From Octopus vulgaris (taxonomy: Eukaryota): a DNA stretch of 64,000 nucleotides. A model generated the notes under the pieces. That model was given only the letters and a program-made list of their open reading frames with translations, was not told the origin of the DNA and made no database searches. Shown here piece by piece: positions 44,143-56,843 of the stretch. The position numbers and the translations under genes are program-made. Positions within the stretch are counted from its first letter, which is position 1, and each line of letters opens with the position of its first letter. Location of the stretch: positions 12,710,001-12,774,000 of the forward strand of contig OX597815.1 in NCBI GenBank assembly GCA_951406725.2, in the 5' to 3' direction.

Positions 44143-45388
44143 GTTATAGAATAAATATTAAATTTAGATCAACGACTTTATGTACAACAGCAGGCCTCAA
44201 ACATTTAATCATGTATAAAATACACTTTGGTTCGTTAACACGTAACAAAATTATATATATACTTAAAATCACAGAAGGTAAAAATATATAATCGAATAAA
44301 ATTCAAATAGAACGGTCTATCAAAAAGTTAAATATAAACGGCTAAAAATCCCGAACAACCAAAAAAACCTAATAAACAAATATAAAATAAGGTAAAAATA
44401 ACATAACTGTCCACTGACTCAAAAGTTTTGTAAGACGATTAAAATATTAAATCTTTTTATTAAAAATATTTGAAAAAATTCTTTTACTTCCCTCAAACAA
44501 GTACGTCCAAAGTTCATAGGTACCCAGACTTCCTCAGGTCAATTTCACCTACATCTTGAAAACAGCCTTTTACTCGCCTCACACAAGTAATTCCAAAAGA
44601 TTTCACAATTCAATATTCACATATGGCCATTTTGGGAGCTCACCACCGCAGATTATTTACACTAAAGTGCATCACGGCCATGACCCACTCATCAGGATAA
44701 ACAGGAAACGGGAAACATGCACAGATTAATTTTTTTGTTTTCCAAAACGGTTATACTTTATGAATAGCTTTTTTTTTTTTTTATTTTAGAGAATTTGGAC
44801 TGGTCCGCTGATGGTTTATTCTTTTAAATTATATAAGCTCTAACACAAAAGTATAAGCTTTTCATAAAAAAAAATGTGATATGCGCACGTTTCCTGTTTC
44901 CTGTTAATCCCGAGGGGGTTATCGCCGTGATGTACTTTAGTGTAAATAAATTGCGGCGTTGAGCTCCCGAAAAGGCCATAGATATATGTGAATGTTGAAT
45001 TTGACCTGTAAAGTCTGCTTATTATGAACTTTTAGACGTACTTGTATGAGGGAAGTAAAAAACTTTCTTCAAATATTTTTATAAAATTTTTTTTAATATT
45101 TTAATCGTCTGATAAAACTTTTTTAGTCGGTAATTGTTTATTTTATTTTTACCATTACTTATTTCATATTTGTCTAGGATTTTTGGTACTTTTTGGATAT
45201 TAGCCTTTTAGATTTAACTTTTTGAAAGGCCGTTCTATTTGTATTTTATTCGATTACATATTTGTATCTTCTGTGAGTTTATGTATAAGTATTTTTTATG
45301 AGTTTTTATTTAATATATGATTAAATGTTTGAGGGGTGGTGTTGTATATAAAGTCGTTGACTTAAATTTAATGTTTGTACTATAACCA
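44140..45388. repeat. ~1.25-kb diverged fold-back element between (TA)n tracts
   Basis: gttatagaataaatattaaatttagatcaacgactttatgtacaaca pairs with tgttgtatataaagtcgttgacttaaatttaatgtttgtactataac; pairing continues (ttttacttccctca..caagtacgtc; ttatttacactaaagt) to a centre near 44800. Confidence 0.88.
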
Positions 45389-45562
45389 ATGCTTCTCTAT
45401 CTTTCTCTCACTTATATTTGAGCACTTCTTTTGCAGTCATATAAACCCTTTTATTTCTCTAAAAAGAGACACTTATTATTTCTTGCTATATATGTATGTA
45501 TGCACATATCTATCTATCTATCTATCTATCTATATATATATATATATATATAAATATATATA

Positions 45563-45630
<68 letters not shown>

Positions 45631-45819
45631 CATGCCACACGCTGTATGTATAATGCATGTATATAATGCCCTCTGGCATGTATGTATAATCCCTCTATAT
45701 ATAAATTATGTTCAATAAGAAATAATTATTTTCGAAATTTATTCTCTTATGAGGTTTTCACGCTATCTACCTGACAATTTCTTGTTAAGTTTTCCTTATT
45801 AAGTAGTTGTCCTTAATTG

Positions 45820-45942
<123 letters not shown>

Positions 45943-46244
45943 AAGAAAGACAGTAACTATTTATTCTTGTACGTATGTATTTCTGTGTGCATGTGTATGT
46001 GTCTATGTGTGAGAGGATATGGTTCCATGAATTATGCTTGTCATCAACGTTAATCACTTTTAAACAGAGGACAATCAAAAAGAATACAGATTTGCCAAGT
46101 ATGAAACTGATTTACAAAACTGTTTTAAACAGACTCTACCTCTATCAAACATAATAATACTAGATTGGAGCCATAGGAAGGAACATGAACTCCAAGAAAT
46201 TATCACCAAATTCTTATAAGATCCCCTGACGTTGTAAGGTACGA

Positions 46245-46314
<70 letters not shown>

Positions 46315-46624
46315 TAGTATTATGCACTCCTGGATATTTATAATTTGTATACAGATTGATTACTCAAAGCGTGGACATCGTTTTCTTTCTTTCAGCCAAA
46401 GTTTTACTGGGGTTAAAGAACCACAACAATAAAAACATCAATAGTTAGAAAAACAAATTTTTGAAAGTATTTACTTTAGAAATAATAAATCTTATTCCTT
46501 CACTAGTTTCAGGATTTCTTGTTTTGTCTTGGTAGAAGACAATATAATTGAAATGTTGGTAGCATACATGGAATTAGACACTCCATTTTTTACCAATTTT
46601 TAGCATAATCATCACAACGCAATT

Positions 46625-46865
46625 GGAAGAGCATGGCTTAGTGTTTAAGGTGTTGGACTCTCGATTCTAAGATTTGGCTTCGATTCCTGGACCGGGCGTT
46701 ATGTTGTGATCTTGAGCAAAACAATTAATTTCAAGCTGCTCCAGTCCTACCAGCTGGCAAAAATCGGTAATTCTGCAACGGACCGGTGTTCCGTCCAGGT
46801 GAGGAATAGACACGCCCTGCAAACCTGGAAGTCCGTCTTGTCCGGCTATATGACTTGGAAAGGAA
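46625..46865 (+). mobile_element. Old tRNA-derived SINE relic
   Basis: gcatggcttagtgtttaagg..cttcgattcctggaccggg..cttgagcaa head and CORE-like segment. Confidence 0.6.
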
Positions 46866-47599
46866 GTTTACGTTTTTCGTATCACAACACATAATAGTGT
46901 AAGGTCTGCCTCGTGCTGTATATTGCTGATGATGCTTTCGTATTTGTTGCTACAAGTGTTTTTCTTCTTCTTATGGTTAGTGGTGATTTTATATAGCTAA
47001 GATCAGATACATTTCAACTGTGAACCTCTACTGAGTGTTGCGTATTGGAGAATGCATTAACTCAGATTACCCGCGTTTTCAAGGTATTAATTTTTTGATT
47101 TTGAGAAAATTAACGTTTTCTTGTCTTCTCTTTGAAGATGCCTAACAAGAAATCAAAATTTATACCCGTCTATTCTGTATTATTCCAGCATTCTTGAAAT
47201 ATGATGTTTCTCACATAATAATCTTTCTGCATCTAATAACAACAGCAGAAACTGTTTTTGAAATTACAAAATTAAATAAATAAATAAGTAAATAAAATAT
47301 TTTTAAAATCACAAACAGCAATTAGGTAACTGACGTTTTATGACAAGGGAAGAAATCAACTGAAGTTTTATGACAATGAATAAATCTCTGACAAGCACAG
47401 CATAAAAAGTTTTAAATTAGAGTTATACAACAGCAATAATTAGGAAACCGTTATTTTATGACAAAGCAAGAAATCAACAAACATTTCATAACACTGTTTT
47501 GTTTTAGAAAAGGTTTCAACAAGGAAATGATCTTTTTCTTTACACTCCAAAACATCTATGTGCATCAATTTATACATTCATACACGAAACATTCTTCGA

Positions 47600-49285
47600 A
47601 TTTTCGGATGAGGATGACTATGACATTGCTTATTGAAATTCCGTGGAATATGGAGATAGGGCAGTCAAATGGTACTGGATGGTTCCAATCCAGTCTTTTG
47701 TTGTGCCTTTAGGCTCCTGGTTTAAAGCCGTACGGATATCCTGGTAAGATGTTGAGATGTCTAAAGACCATATAATTTACCTTTAACATCTTATTGTTGC
47801 AACGAATTTTGTTATGTGGTTCGATATCCATTGTAGTCATGAAACAATGTTATCAAAGATGTGCTCCACTAAGAAGTAAATATGTGGGTGATAGCAGTGG
47901 TCTTTTGGACAAACTGGATAGACTAATATACGGCAACTCTAGACACTTGAAAAAAAGATTGATCGGATCAAATGATTGGAGATATTATTTCCAGTGGATG
48001 AAGAACATGTAAAATCTGTCCCGGATGTGATCAAGTTGTCATACAACACAAAATATAGGTGTCCGTCGAGGACAGAATGCCGTCGCGATGTTTGTGTAGT
48101 GACAAAAATAAGATAATCTCTGGGCTTTGAAGCAACAGCAAATGTGAGACGATAGACCACCTCTTCTGCAAAAACCATCATCACGACATCAACACCAATA
48201 GCAAAAACAGCACCAAACTCAGCAGCGGTATGCGGCCAGAACACCAGGCATAGCATGAATGAGAGCATGTATAAGAACATCTGCCGTAAAAGCAGTAGTA
48301 ACAGCAACAGCATAAATATCAGCAATATTAGCTGCAGCAACAGCTGCATGACTGGAAGTGGCAACAACAACCACACCAGTGGATGCAACAAAAAACGACA
48401 AATTAAACTGCCATTACTTTCGATCACAACGCAGACAACCCTCCTCTAAGTCTCACCGGTATAGAAGTGCATCCCTGCTTCAGTGAAAGAACGCGCTCTA
48501 CTGCTCAGGAGCTCAGTGTATGGTTAAGAACCGCACAGTGGAGGACTGAACATTATGAAGCTGAAGATGTGCAGACAGGCGCTGAGGCTAATATATTTTT
48601 CCTTGAGGGTGAGCAAGTGTAGGGATTATTTGTTAGACTCGTCTTTATGCAGCTTGTCTCTCTTTTAGTCCTGAATCAAATGTAGACTGAGAAAGAGCGC
48701 CTGGCTCTTAGAATGGTGTTAGTTGTTCATAGTCAAATGCCTGTCGGAAATCGCGGTCGGTAGAATTTCTAACTTAGCGTGCTATAAAGAGTTAATGATA
48801 AGCGAAATGCAACGATATTCTCAGGGAAATGATGGAAGTTCGATGAAAAGCAACAGGCTAGTCGTAGTAGACCAATCTAGACGTGCCTAGTGGACCAAAC
48901 TGGAATTTGTGAAGAATATGCCCTTCTGTTTCACCAGTCTCTAAGATATTTTTTCAAGTTTCACCTGAAATACAAAGTGAAGCTGGAGATATAAGTTGCT
49001 TACAAACAAATATTTTGAAACATGGATAAGAGTAGTAGGGATGGCTCCTAGTGAATGGGCCCTCTATGTGTAAGCAACTGTAGATCGAGAGAAGATGGAG
49101 AGGGGGAACTAGCCGTAGTGGTCAGAGAGACCATGATTTGGGAGGGCATTTTGAAATTTTATTTTTCTTGATATTGCTAGTTTAAGTTTACTCACTCTTA
49201 TGTAATTCCCGCAGTGTATTCTATCACACTCCATCTCATCTCCCTCTATAGTTTGTAAACACTGTGTGGATAACAAAGAAAATAA
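47600..49285 (+). mobile_element. Degenerate, internally deleted Tx1/L1-like LINE with 3' end
   Basis: SVPDVIKL..VSVEDRMP..CLC (ORF1-like), CAA/GCA-rich linker, then FFKFHLKYKVKLE..WIRVVGMA..VNGPS (parallels 20140-20420); ends ctgtgtggataacaaagaaaata. Confidence 0.45.
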
Positions 49286-50952
49286 CATCATCATCATCAT
49301 CATCTTAAATAGACTTTGGACAAGTAGAATCGATGGAGCATCAGACAAAATGTCTTTCAGTATTTCTTCCGACTATTTACACTAGTTTCACATCGTACCT
49401 TTCATCTCTCTGGGGGTCAATAAAACAGTGCAACTAAAGTACTAAGATGAATGTAATAAACTAACCCGCTCACTTCGAAATTATTGACCTTCGTCTAAAC
49501 CGGGAAAAATAATAGTTATTTTTATTGTTCATTGAGTGGTGACAGTTAAGACTTTTAGAACAACAGATTGGATACCCAGAGGTACATAACTGTGTACATT
49601 TTGTTTATCCAGTGGGATAGATGAAATAAGCTCCTTGCATGGAGAGCGATGGATTTAATTTATTGCAACATACCATGGACTGAATGGTTTCTTTTGAAAG
49701 TTAGAAATCAATATTATCATTATTTTATCATCTTGATACTTTAGTAACTACGAAGTATATTAGCAAAACTTGTAGAGCTTCGCATAAAAAAAATATTTGC
49801 AGTATTTAGTTATGGTCTGTCGTGTTCCATGTTCAAGCCTGCAGCGAACTGTTTTACCTTTCATTATTTCGAGGTCGATAAAGTGTATTCCAATTCGTGT
49901 ACTATTAATCAATATACTCGACGCTATCTAACAGTAATTTTCAGTTATTGTGTCTGTTATAAATCAATATAAACTATGGTAGCTGTAGTGATGTTTATAC
50001 ATCTGTAGAACTGAGAACGGGAAATCCGTGGTGTTTTTATTTTATTTTCTCTTTGTTCTAAGTTCAAATGCCACTTGGCTTCATTTATCTTTCATCTTTA
50101 TCAAAGACAGTAAAAGAAATGACCAGTATCATTCAATACTGATTTATTATTGTTGTGTAGCTTCAGCTCTGACTTTATCAAAATGCTATTCCAAAAGTGA
50201 CCTTTCTCTTCTTCATGTCCAGACAAATTCTGTCTAAGGTAATCTCTCGCATTGAATGTGATAGTGTCTGATTGCAGAGAAGGGCATTTGGTAATACTTA
50301 CGATATTGAGTTAGGGGATGTTTGAACGCCATTTTATATCTCTAGATCACTGTTCTAGTTTGATGCGGCATAGTCATAGTTTTTATTGTGAGTAGAGTAA
50401 TTATGAGCTGTGTGATTATCAAAACACAGTATTGCCGTGGAAGATGTTTCAGTAAAGAGTAGACTGATTGGCGTACATTCAAGAGAATGAGTGGGAATGC
50501 ATAAGCTTCAGGTGAGTTTGGCCATTTGTCACATATCTGATAATTTACTGGAGCCTTACAGTAGAAATTACAAAGTCACAAATAAATATTGCAATCATCA
50601 TTTTTGCTGGTGGATGTCAGATTTTGGATAGATTCAATCAAATTCTTGCATAAAGCGGAAGCATACAATAATATTAATTATCCTCTTATTTGGTCAACGT
50701 TCTGACATATGATCAATTTTTAAACTATTTAGATTCTGGAATTCACTCAGAAGGCTTTAGTCTTTTACTTCAAACTAGGTATACTTCATTAATTATAATT
50801 TTACTAAAAAATTATTAGTAATATTGATTTTTAAATTAGGCTGGAACACGCATTTTGAGGGTAAACGATAGTTGATAAAATCAGCTTCAGCATAGGACAA
50901 GTGCATAACTTATCTACCGCAGAATATATATATATATATATATATACATATA

Positions 50953-51360
50953 GGCGCAGGAGTGGCTGTGTGGTAAGTAGCTTGTTTACCAACCACATGG
51001 TTCAGGGTTCAGTCCCACTGCGTGGCACATTGGGCAAGTGTCTTTTACTATAGCCTCGGGCCGACCAAAGCCTTGTGAGTGGATTTGGTAGACGGAAACA
51101 GAAAGAAGCCCGTCGTATATATGTATATATATATATGGGTGTGTGTGTTTGTGTATCTGTGTCTGTCCCCCTAGCATTGCTTGACAACCGATGCTGGTGT
51201 GTTTATGTCCCCGTTACTTAGCGGTTCGGCAAAAGAGACCGATAGAATAAGTACTGGGCTTACAAAAGAATAAGTCCCGGGGTCGAGTTGCTCGATTAAA
51301 GGCGGTGCTCCAGCATGGCCGCAGTCAAATGACTGAAACAAGTAAAAAAGAGTAAAAGAG
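50953..51360 (+). mobile_element. SINE family A, full-length young copy
   Basis: ggcgcaggagtggctgtgtggtaag ... ggcggtgctccagcatggccgcagtcaaatgactgaaacaagtaaaaaagagtaaaagag. Confidence 0.92.
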
Positions 51361-51879
51361 TATATAAAATGTTGACCACAATAGAATGTGAATACGGGAC
51401 CTAAACAGTCACAATGTGAATGCGGTACAGTATTTATTTACAGACATTTCCGTTTTGATTTCGTCCCTGTCTTTCGCTGCCTGTTATAAGGACTCTATTG
51501 GCAGTACCGTTCGAAACTATTCTGCGGAAATATATATGTGTGAGTGCGTGTGTGTGTGTGTGTATATATTTCGATATGCTCGGTCAAATATTTACCTTTC
51601 AAAACATAACACGCACATTTTCATAATTTTACTAAGTCTTTAAAGGGTAATTAATTCCTTAGGCCCAGTAAATTCAAATTATGACATGTTCCCTATTAGA
51701 ACGGGTTTGAGCCCAAAATCAATTTGGCAAAATGAAATGATCATAATCTGAACAAAATCGACAACCAGAATACTACGGGAATTAATATTCTGTAAACACA
51801 AGGCAAATATTCAGCAGCAGTGGGGCAAATGATTAACGCCTGCTCCATGCCTAAGGAAGCTTTACCCGCTTATATTTTA

Positions 51880-52460
51880 CGGTGAACTGGCAGAAACGTT
51901 AGCACGCCGGGCGAAATGCTTAGCGCTATTACGTCTGCTGTTACGTTCTGAGTTCAAATTCCGCCGAGGTCGACTTTGCCTTTCATCCTTTCGGGGTGGA
52001 TAAATTAAGTACCAGTTACGCACTGGGGTCGATGTAATCGACTTAATACCTATGTCTGTCCTTGTCTGTCCGCTCTGTGTTTAGCCCCTTGTGGGTAATA
52101 AAGAAATAGGTATTTAGTCTGTCTTTATGTTCTGAGTTGAAATTCTGCAGAGGTCGACTTTGCCTTTGATCCTTTCGGGGTCGATTAAATAAGTACCAGT
52201 TACGCACTGGCTCGATATAATCAACTTAATCCGTTTGTCTATCCTTGTTTGTCCTCTCTGTGTTTAGCCCCTTGTGGATAGTAAAGAAATAGGTATTTCG
52301 TCTGTCTTTACGTTCTGAGTTCAAATTCCACCGTGGTCGACTTTGCTTTTCATCCTTTCGGGGTCGATAAATTAAGTACCACTTGCGTACTGGGGGCCGA
52401 TCTAATCGACTAGCTCCCTCCCCCAAATTTTCAGCTCTTGTGCCTAGAGTAGAAAAGATT
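51880..52460 (+). mobile_element. SINE family B trimer
   Basis: Head, two units ending taaagaaata|ggtattt, and a third body with the standard tail. Confidence 0.9.
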
Positions 52461-53068
52461 TTACTTGTTTCAGACTGCGACCAAGGCGAGACCCCTACTC
52501 GAAAGGCTTTAGTCGAATGCGTCGTCACTAGTGCCTATTTTTAAGCCTGAGACTTATTCAGTCGGTCACTTTTGCCGGACTGCTAAGTACGGGAACTTGA
52601 AGACTCTAAAGCCGATTGTCAAGCAGTGGTGAGGGACAAATACAAACACAAAGATTCACAAAAAGATACAGACACACTCACCCACGCAAATACACACATA
52701 AACGCAGCCGACAAAGAATTTCGACCTGGAGATCTCCATTTCCAGCGACCTCGGGGGCCACCTCCCAGTGGTGTCGGACGTCAACGAAGAGCCCTTGACT
52801 ACAACAAGACGACCAACGTTTTTTTTTTCCAAGATCTATGGTCTCCCGCCCCTAAGCCCTAGACCATCACCTAATCACCCTTACCCGTCTTGTTGCTTAA
52901 CAACAACAATAACACACACACACACATATATGCTACTGGCTTCTTTCAGATTCCGTTTATCATATTTACTCACAAAGATTTAGTCAGCCCGATATTGTAG
53001 TAGAAGACGCTCGATCAAGGTGCCTTGTGGCTGGACTAAACACGTAGCTGTGTGCTTAGGAAGCAAGT
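52460..53068 (-). mobile_element. Old SINE family A interrupted by a ~200-bp GC-richer segment
   Basis: Decayed 3' half at 52460-52680 and 5' half at 52930-53068. Confidence 0.6.
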
Positions 53069-53074
53069 TGAGAA

Positions 53075-53195
53075 GCTTACGGCCATATCACGTTGAAAGC
53101 ACCGGTTCTCGTCCGATCACTGAAGTTAAGCAACATCGAGCCAAGTTTGTACTTAGATGGGGGTGACCGCTTGGGAAACCTAGGTGCTGTAAGCA
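53075..53195 (+). rRNA. 5S rRNA copy, probably retroposed or a pseudogene, fused to a retro-tail
   Basis: GCTTACGGCCATATCACGTTGAAAGCACCGGTTCTCGTCCGATCAC..GAAGTTAAGCAAC..GTACTTAGATGGGGGTGACCGCTTGGGAA..GGTGCTGTAAGC; terminal helix GCTTACGGC/GCTGTAAGC pairs; single copy, extra Gs near box C. Confidence 0.9.
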
Positions 53196-53206
53196 TTCCA
53201 TTTCTT

Positions 53207-53268
53207 GATGGCGGTGCCCCAGCATGGCCACAGCTCGTGAGCTGAAACTAGATGAAATACATGAAATA
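53207..53268 (+). mobile_element. Retro-tail with hairpin CAGCTC-GT-GAGCTG downstream of 5S
   Basis: Matches 31646-31702 (minus) and is homologous to the family A tail. Confidence 0.8.
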
Positions 53269-53506
53269 ACTAAACAGTGATATCTGCATAAATAAGAATT
53301 AAAATACTCAGTTCAGCTAGCAGTGCAAGGTGTGTTCGGCAATTTCCAAACAGCTTCTAATATAAGCATTCGCTGTTTCGAACTGCACCAAAGCCTGCAT
53401 ATCCATGCCACTCCAAATTTTAATATCCCGTTCTAAGACGGTAAATCTCTTGTACTGAAATCTTGCTAAATATAGAATGGTACATACATTTTACCATATT
53501 ATTCAT

Positions 53507-53916
53507 TTACTCTTTTACTTGTTTCAATCAATTGACAGTGGCCATGCTGGAGCACCGCTTTAGTCGAAAAAATATCGACATTTTCTACGTAAGCCTGCTA
53601 CTTATTCTATCGACCATTTTTGCCGAACCGCTATGTTACGGGGACGTAAACACGCCAACATCGGTGTCAAGCGATGGCGGCGGCGAGACAAGAGCAGACG
53701 CACACAAACACACACACCAACATCGGTTGTCCAGCGATGGTGTATGTGGGACGGGACAAACATAAAAAAACGCACAAATATATACGACGGCTTTGTCTTC
53801 TACTATAGCTCGAGGTTATAGTAGCAGACTCTTGCCAAAGGTGCCTCGCAGCAGGACTGAGTCCAGAGCTATGTCATTGGGGAGCAAGCCTTCTTACTAC
53901 ACAGCCACACCTGCGC
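53507..53916 (-). mobile_element. SINE family A, diverged, with a small internal duplication
   Basis: Reverse-complement match; ccaacatcggt..agcgatgg occurs twice. Confidence 0.8.
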
Positions 53917-53987
53917 GTATATATACATATATATATATATAATTTCAACAATATTAAGGAATGGCCCTGATAGGCCATTCGACTTGA

Positions 53988-54059
<72 letters not shown>

Positions 54060-54177
54060 TATAAACTTCCAAAATAGAAATATTTAAAATTATAAATATA
54101 TTTTGTACACGCACACAAAACACAGCTTGTTTGTGCGTATGCCCGTGTATGTATAAATTCATATACACGAATACGTA

Positions 54178-54219
<42 letters not shown>

Positions 54220-55150
54220 AAATGTCTTCCAGTGAGAAATTGGAGAATAACAGTGACTTCGAATTTTCAACTTGCTCGCTCATATCACTTTAATGAAGGC
54301 AACAAAGCGTAGACTTCGAAGACGCTACGAATCTTTTCCTCGTATATGTAATATTTATTTCAGTAAAAGTAGTGAGTGATGCCTCAGATATTCTTTGAAT
54401 ACCGACTTCTCCCACACCTTTTGCCGTTTGAATTAAGCGCTCATAATAGTTTATCTTTTGATACCCTCTCGGAAGTGTGAAATGAAGTTATAAAATTACC
54501 CCAAAACTGTAGGCCTAAAGCGAATGCGTAGCTGTAAACTTAGATATGGATGAAGTTCACAGAAAACATAACACATGTGGCATATAAGCTGGTATTTCAA
54601 TTGATGCCCTCTTCCGCCTGAAATTTTTACTTTTTACAGCAAAGAAATTTGGCCTACGCTTTAAAAATTCACCACTTGTAAAATTATAGATTAAATATAT
54701 ATTTCGAAATTTATCTAAATAATCTCAATAACTTCATGGGTTTCTTTATTTCCTTGCATTACTGATATTTTGTCTTTCTACATAACAAAGAAAACAATAA
54801 TTAAGTAATTAATTCTAAATTATAAGATTCATATAAAATTCTATTAACCTCCGAATTACATTAAACTAAATTATCTCGCAAATAACTCGATAAGTTCGAA
54901 GTTTAGAGTCATATTTGAATTAATATAACATTACACTAATTGAATACATAATGGTCTCGTAGATTATATCGTAAAATAACACTGTATTTTATAAATCTGG
55001 ACTCGTATGTGCGTCAGGTAACAAGGTATCTAAGTACTACTATACTACACAATGGCAGTCATTGACTGGTTACCAAATAATAGGAATTTCGCATCGTTAC
55101 TATTGCATTATAATATTGTGCTGTTTTGTATATATTTAGTCTCAGCGTAA

Positions 55151-55535
55151 TCTTTATATATAAAAGAGAGGTTGTGTGCTGTCTGTCTCCTACGATTTAG
55201 ATTCCTAACTACTCCCACATTTTGCGGTGCAGTTTAACCAAAACCGGGTATCTTATATTCGTGATTCATATCGAGCCCTTCTGGGTATTAGCGCGCGTCT
55301 ACGATGAGTCTACGATTAAAAAAAATATTCACCATCAATTTTTCCCATTTTAATGCATTTTTGGCATATATAAGGGAAGTAACTCTCTAAAAATTTATTA
55401 TTAAATCTCAGAACGTAAAAGGCTACCCCCTTTGTGGTTAGCCATATTGAGATGGCTATTATACTTTACATCTCTAAAAATGCTTATATAGTTATTTCCC
55501 TTACAAACCCGAGCAACGCCGGGCGATATTGCTAG
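55151..55535 (+). mobile_element. Non-autonomous Helitron, second subfamily
   Basis: A|TC start; 3' end caaacccgagcaacgccgggcgatattgCTAG|T shared with the other two; different interior. Confidence 0.88.
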
Positions 55536-56007
55536 TTGACGTATAAGTTTATCGAAGAAGAACTCATATTTCGTTTAATTTTATCTTAAATAACGATACA
55601 ATCCTCTTCTTTTTTGTTTTTCTTTTGTTCTAGTCACTAGCCTGAAATCTACTCCTGCCACGTACTCGCTTGTGACGTAAGTGGCAAAAGCATGTATAAT
55701 AAAACAGTTGTAAAATAAAAAAAACAAAATGTATGTGGGATCGAGAGGCGAGAGGCAGGAGATGAGTTATAAGAAGCAAGTGATAGCAGGTAAGTTGTAG
55801 GGCCCCTAGAGAAGTGGAAGTGTATTAAGGATGCTAATGATGTAGATTTGTCAATAAAGATAAGTAAATACATGCAGCAAAATATAGATTTATATAGAAA
55901 TATATAAGCAAATATCCTGCGCATGTTTACATACAAATGCATAACGATGACACATGCCTACACACATACACCCACACACAGATACAAACACGCTCACACA
56001 CGCATAT

Positions 56008-56046
<39 letters not shown>

Positions 56047-56367
56047 ACATGCAGGCTGTCGCAAAGATGGCTTACTGCATTTATTATCTTTGTATACCGA
56101 ATTTAAACCCTGCCGAAATAACATTATATTTCATTCGTCTGTGGTCGATATAATAACGTCTCAGTCAAGTACAGTGTTCATAGTATCGATTCTGAAACTC
56201 CTGACTTTGCACCTCAATAAGGAACCATTATCTATGTTTCAAAATTAGAAAATTAGTGGATGCCCAAAATGGTAAAGAGCGAAGTATGTGGAAGCTGATA
56301 AGTACATTACTATGAAGAGTAAAATAAAAGTTGCAGAAACCAATGAAATTTTAAAAAAAATATAGAT

Positions 56368-56439
56368 ATATAGATAGTATAGTGGTAAGTATCCCCGCCT
56401 GTCACGCGGGAGACCGGGGTTCGATTCCCCGCCGGGGGG
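56368..56439 (+). pseudogene. tRNA-Asp(GTC) pseudogene, 5' acceptor strand lost
   Basis: GATAGTATAGTGGTAAGTATCCCCGCCT-GTC-ACGCGGGAGACCGGGGTTCGATTCCCCG intact; first five bases (TCCTC-like) replaced by TA-rich sequence; 3' G-run expanded; T-run at about 56452. Confidence 0.85.
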
Positions 56440-56459
56440 GGGAGGCCATTATTTTTATA

Positions 56460-56843
56460 GGCGCAGGAGTTGTAAGTAGCTTGCTAACCAACCACATGGT
56501 TCTGGGTTCAGTCCCACAGCGTGGCATCTTGGGCAAGTGTCTTCAGCTATAGCCCCGGGCCGACCAATGCCTTGTGAGTGGATTTGGTAGACGGAAACTG
56601 AAAGATGCCTGTCTTATATATGTATATATATAAGTGTGTGTGTATATGTTTGTGTGTCTATGTTTGACAACCGATGCTGGTGTGTTTACGTCCCCGTCAC
56701 TTAGCGGTGCGGCAAAAGAGACTGATAGAATAAGTACTGGGCTTACAAAGAATAAGTCCCGAGGTCGATTTGCTCGACTAAAATGCGGTGCTCCAGCATG
56801 GCCGCAGTCAAATGAAACAAGTAAAAGAGTAAAAGAGTAAGAG
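56460..56843 (+). mobile_element. SINE family A
   Basis: Near-full copy with small deletions in the head and body. Confidence 0.9.

Noticed and set aside
44680-44700. CTGATGA on the minus strand within the fold-back
   Set aside because: No stem II or GAAA partner follows.
53075-53195. Functional 5S rDNA locus
   Set aside because: Single copy, substitutions and extra Gs near box C, no clean T4 terminator, fused to a retro-tail.
53959-53980. Perfect hairpin GAATGGCC-CTGATA-GGCCATTC between TA tracts
   Set aside because: Too short and lacks a ribozyme core arrangement; cannot assign a function.
56368-56439. Functional tRNA-Asp gene
   Set aside because: The acceptor stem cannot form because the 5' strand is replaced.
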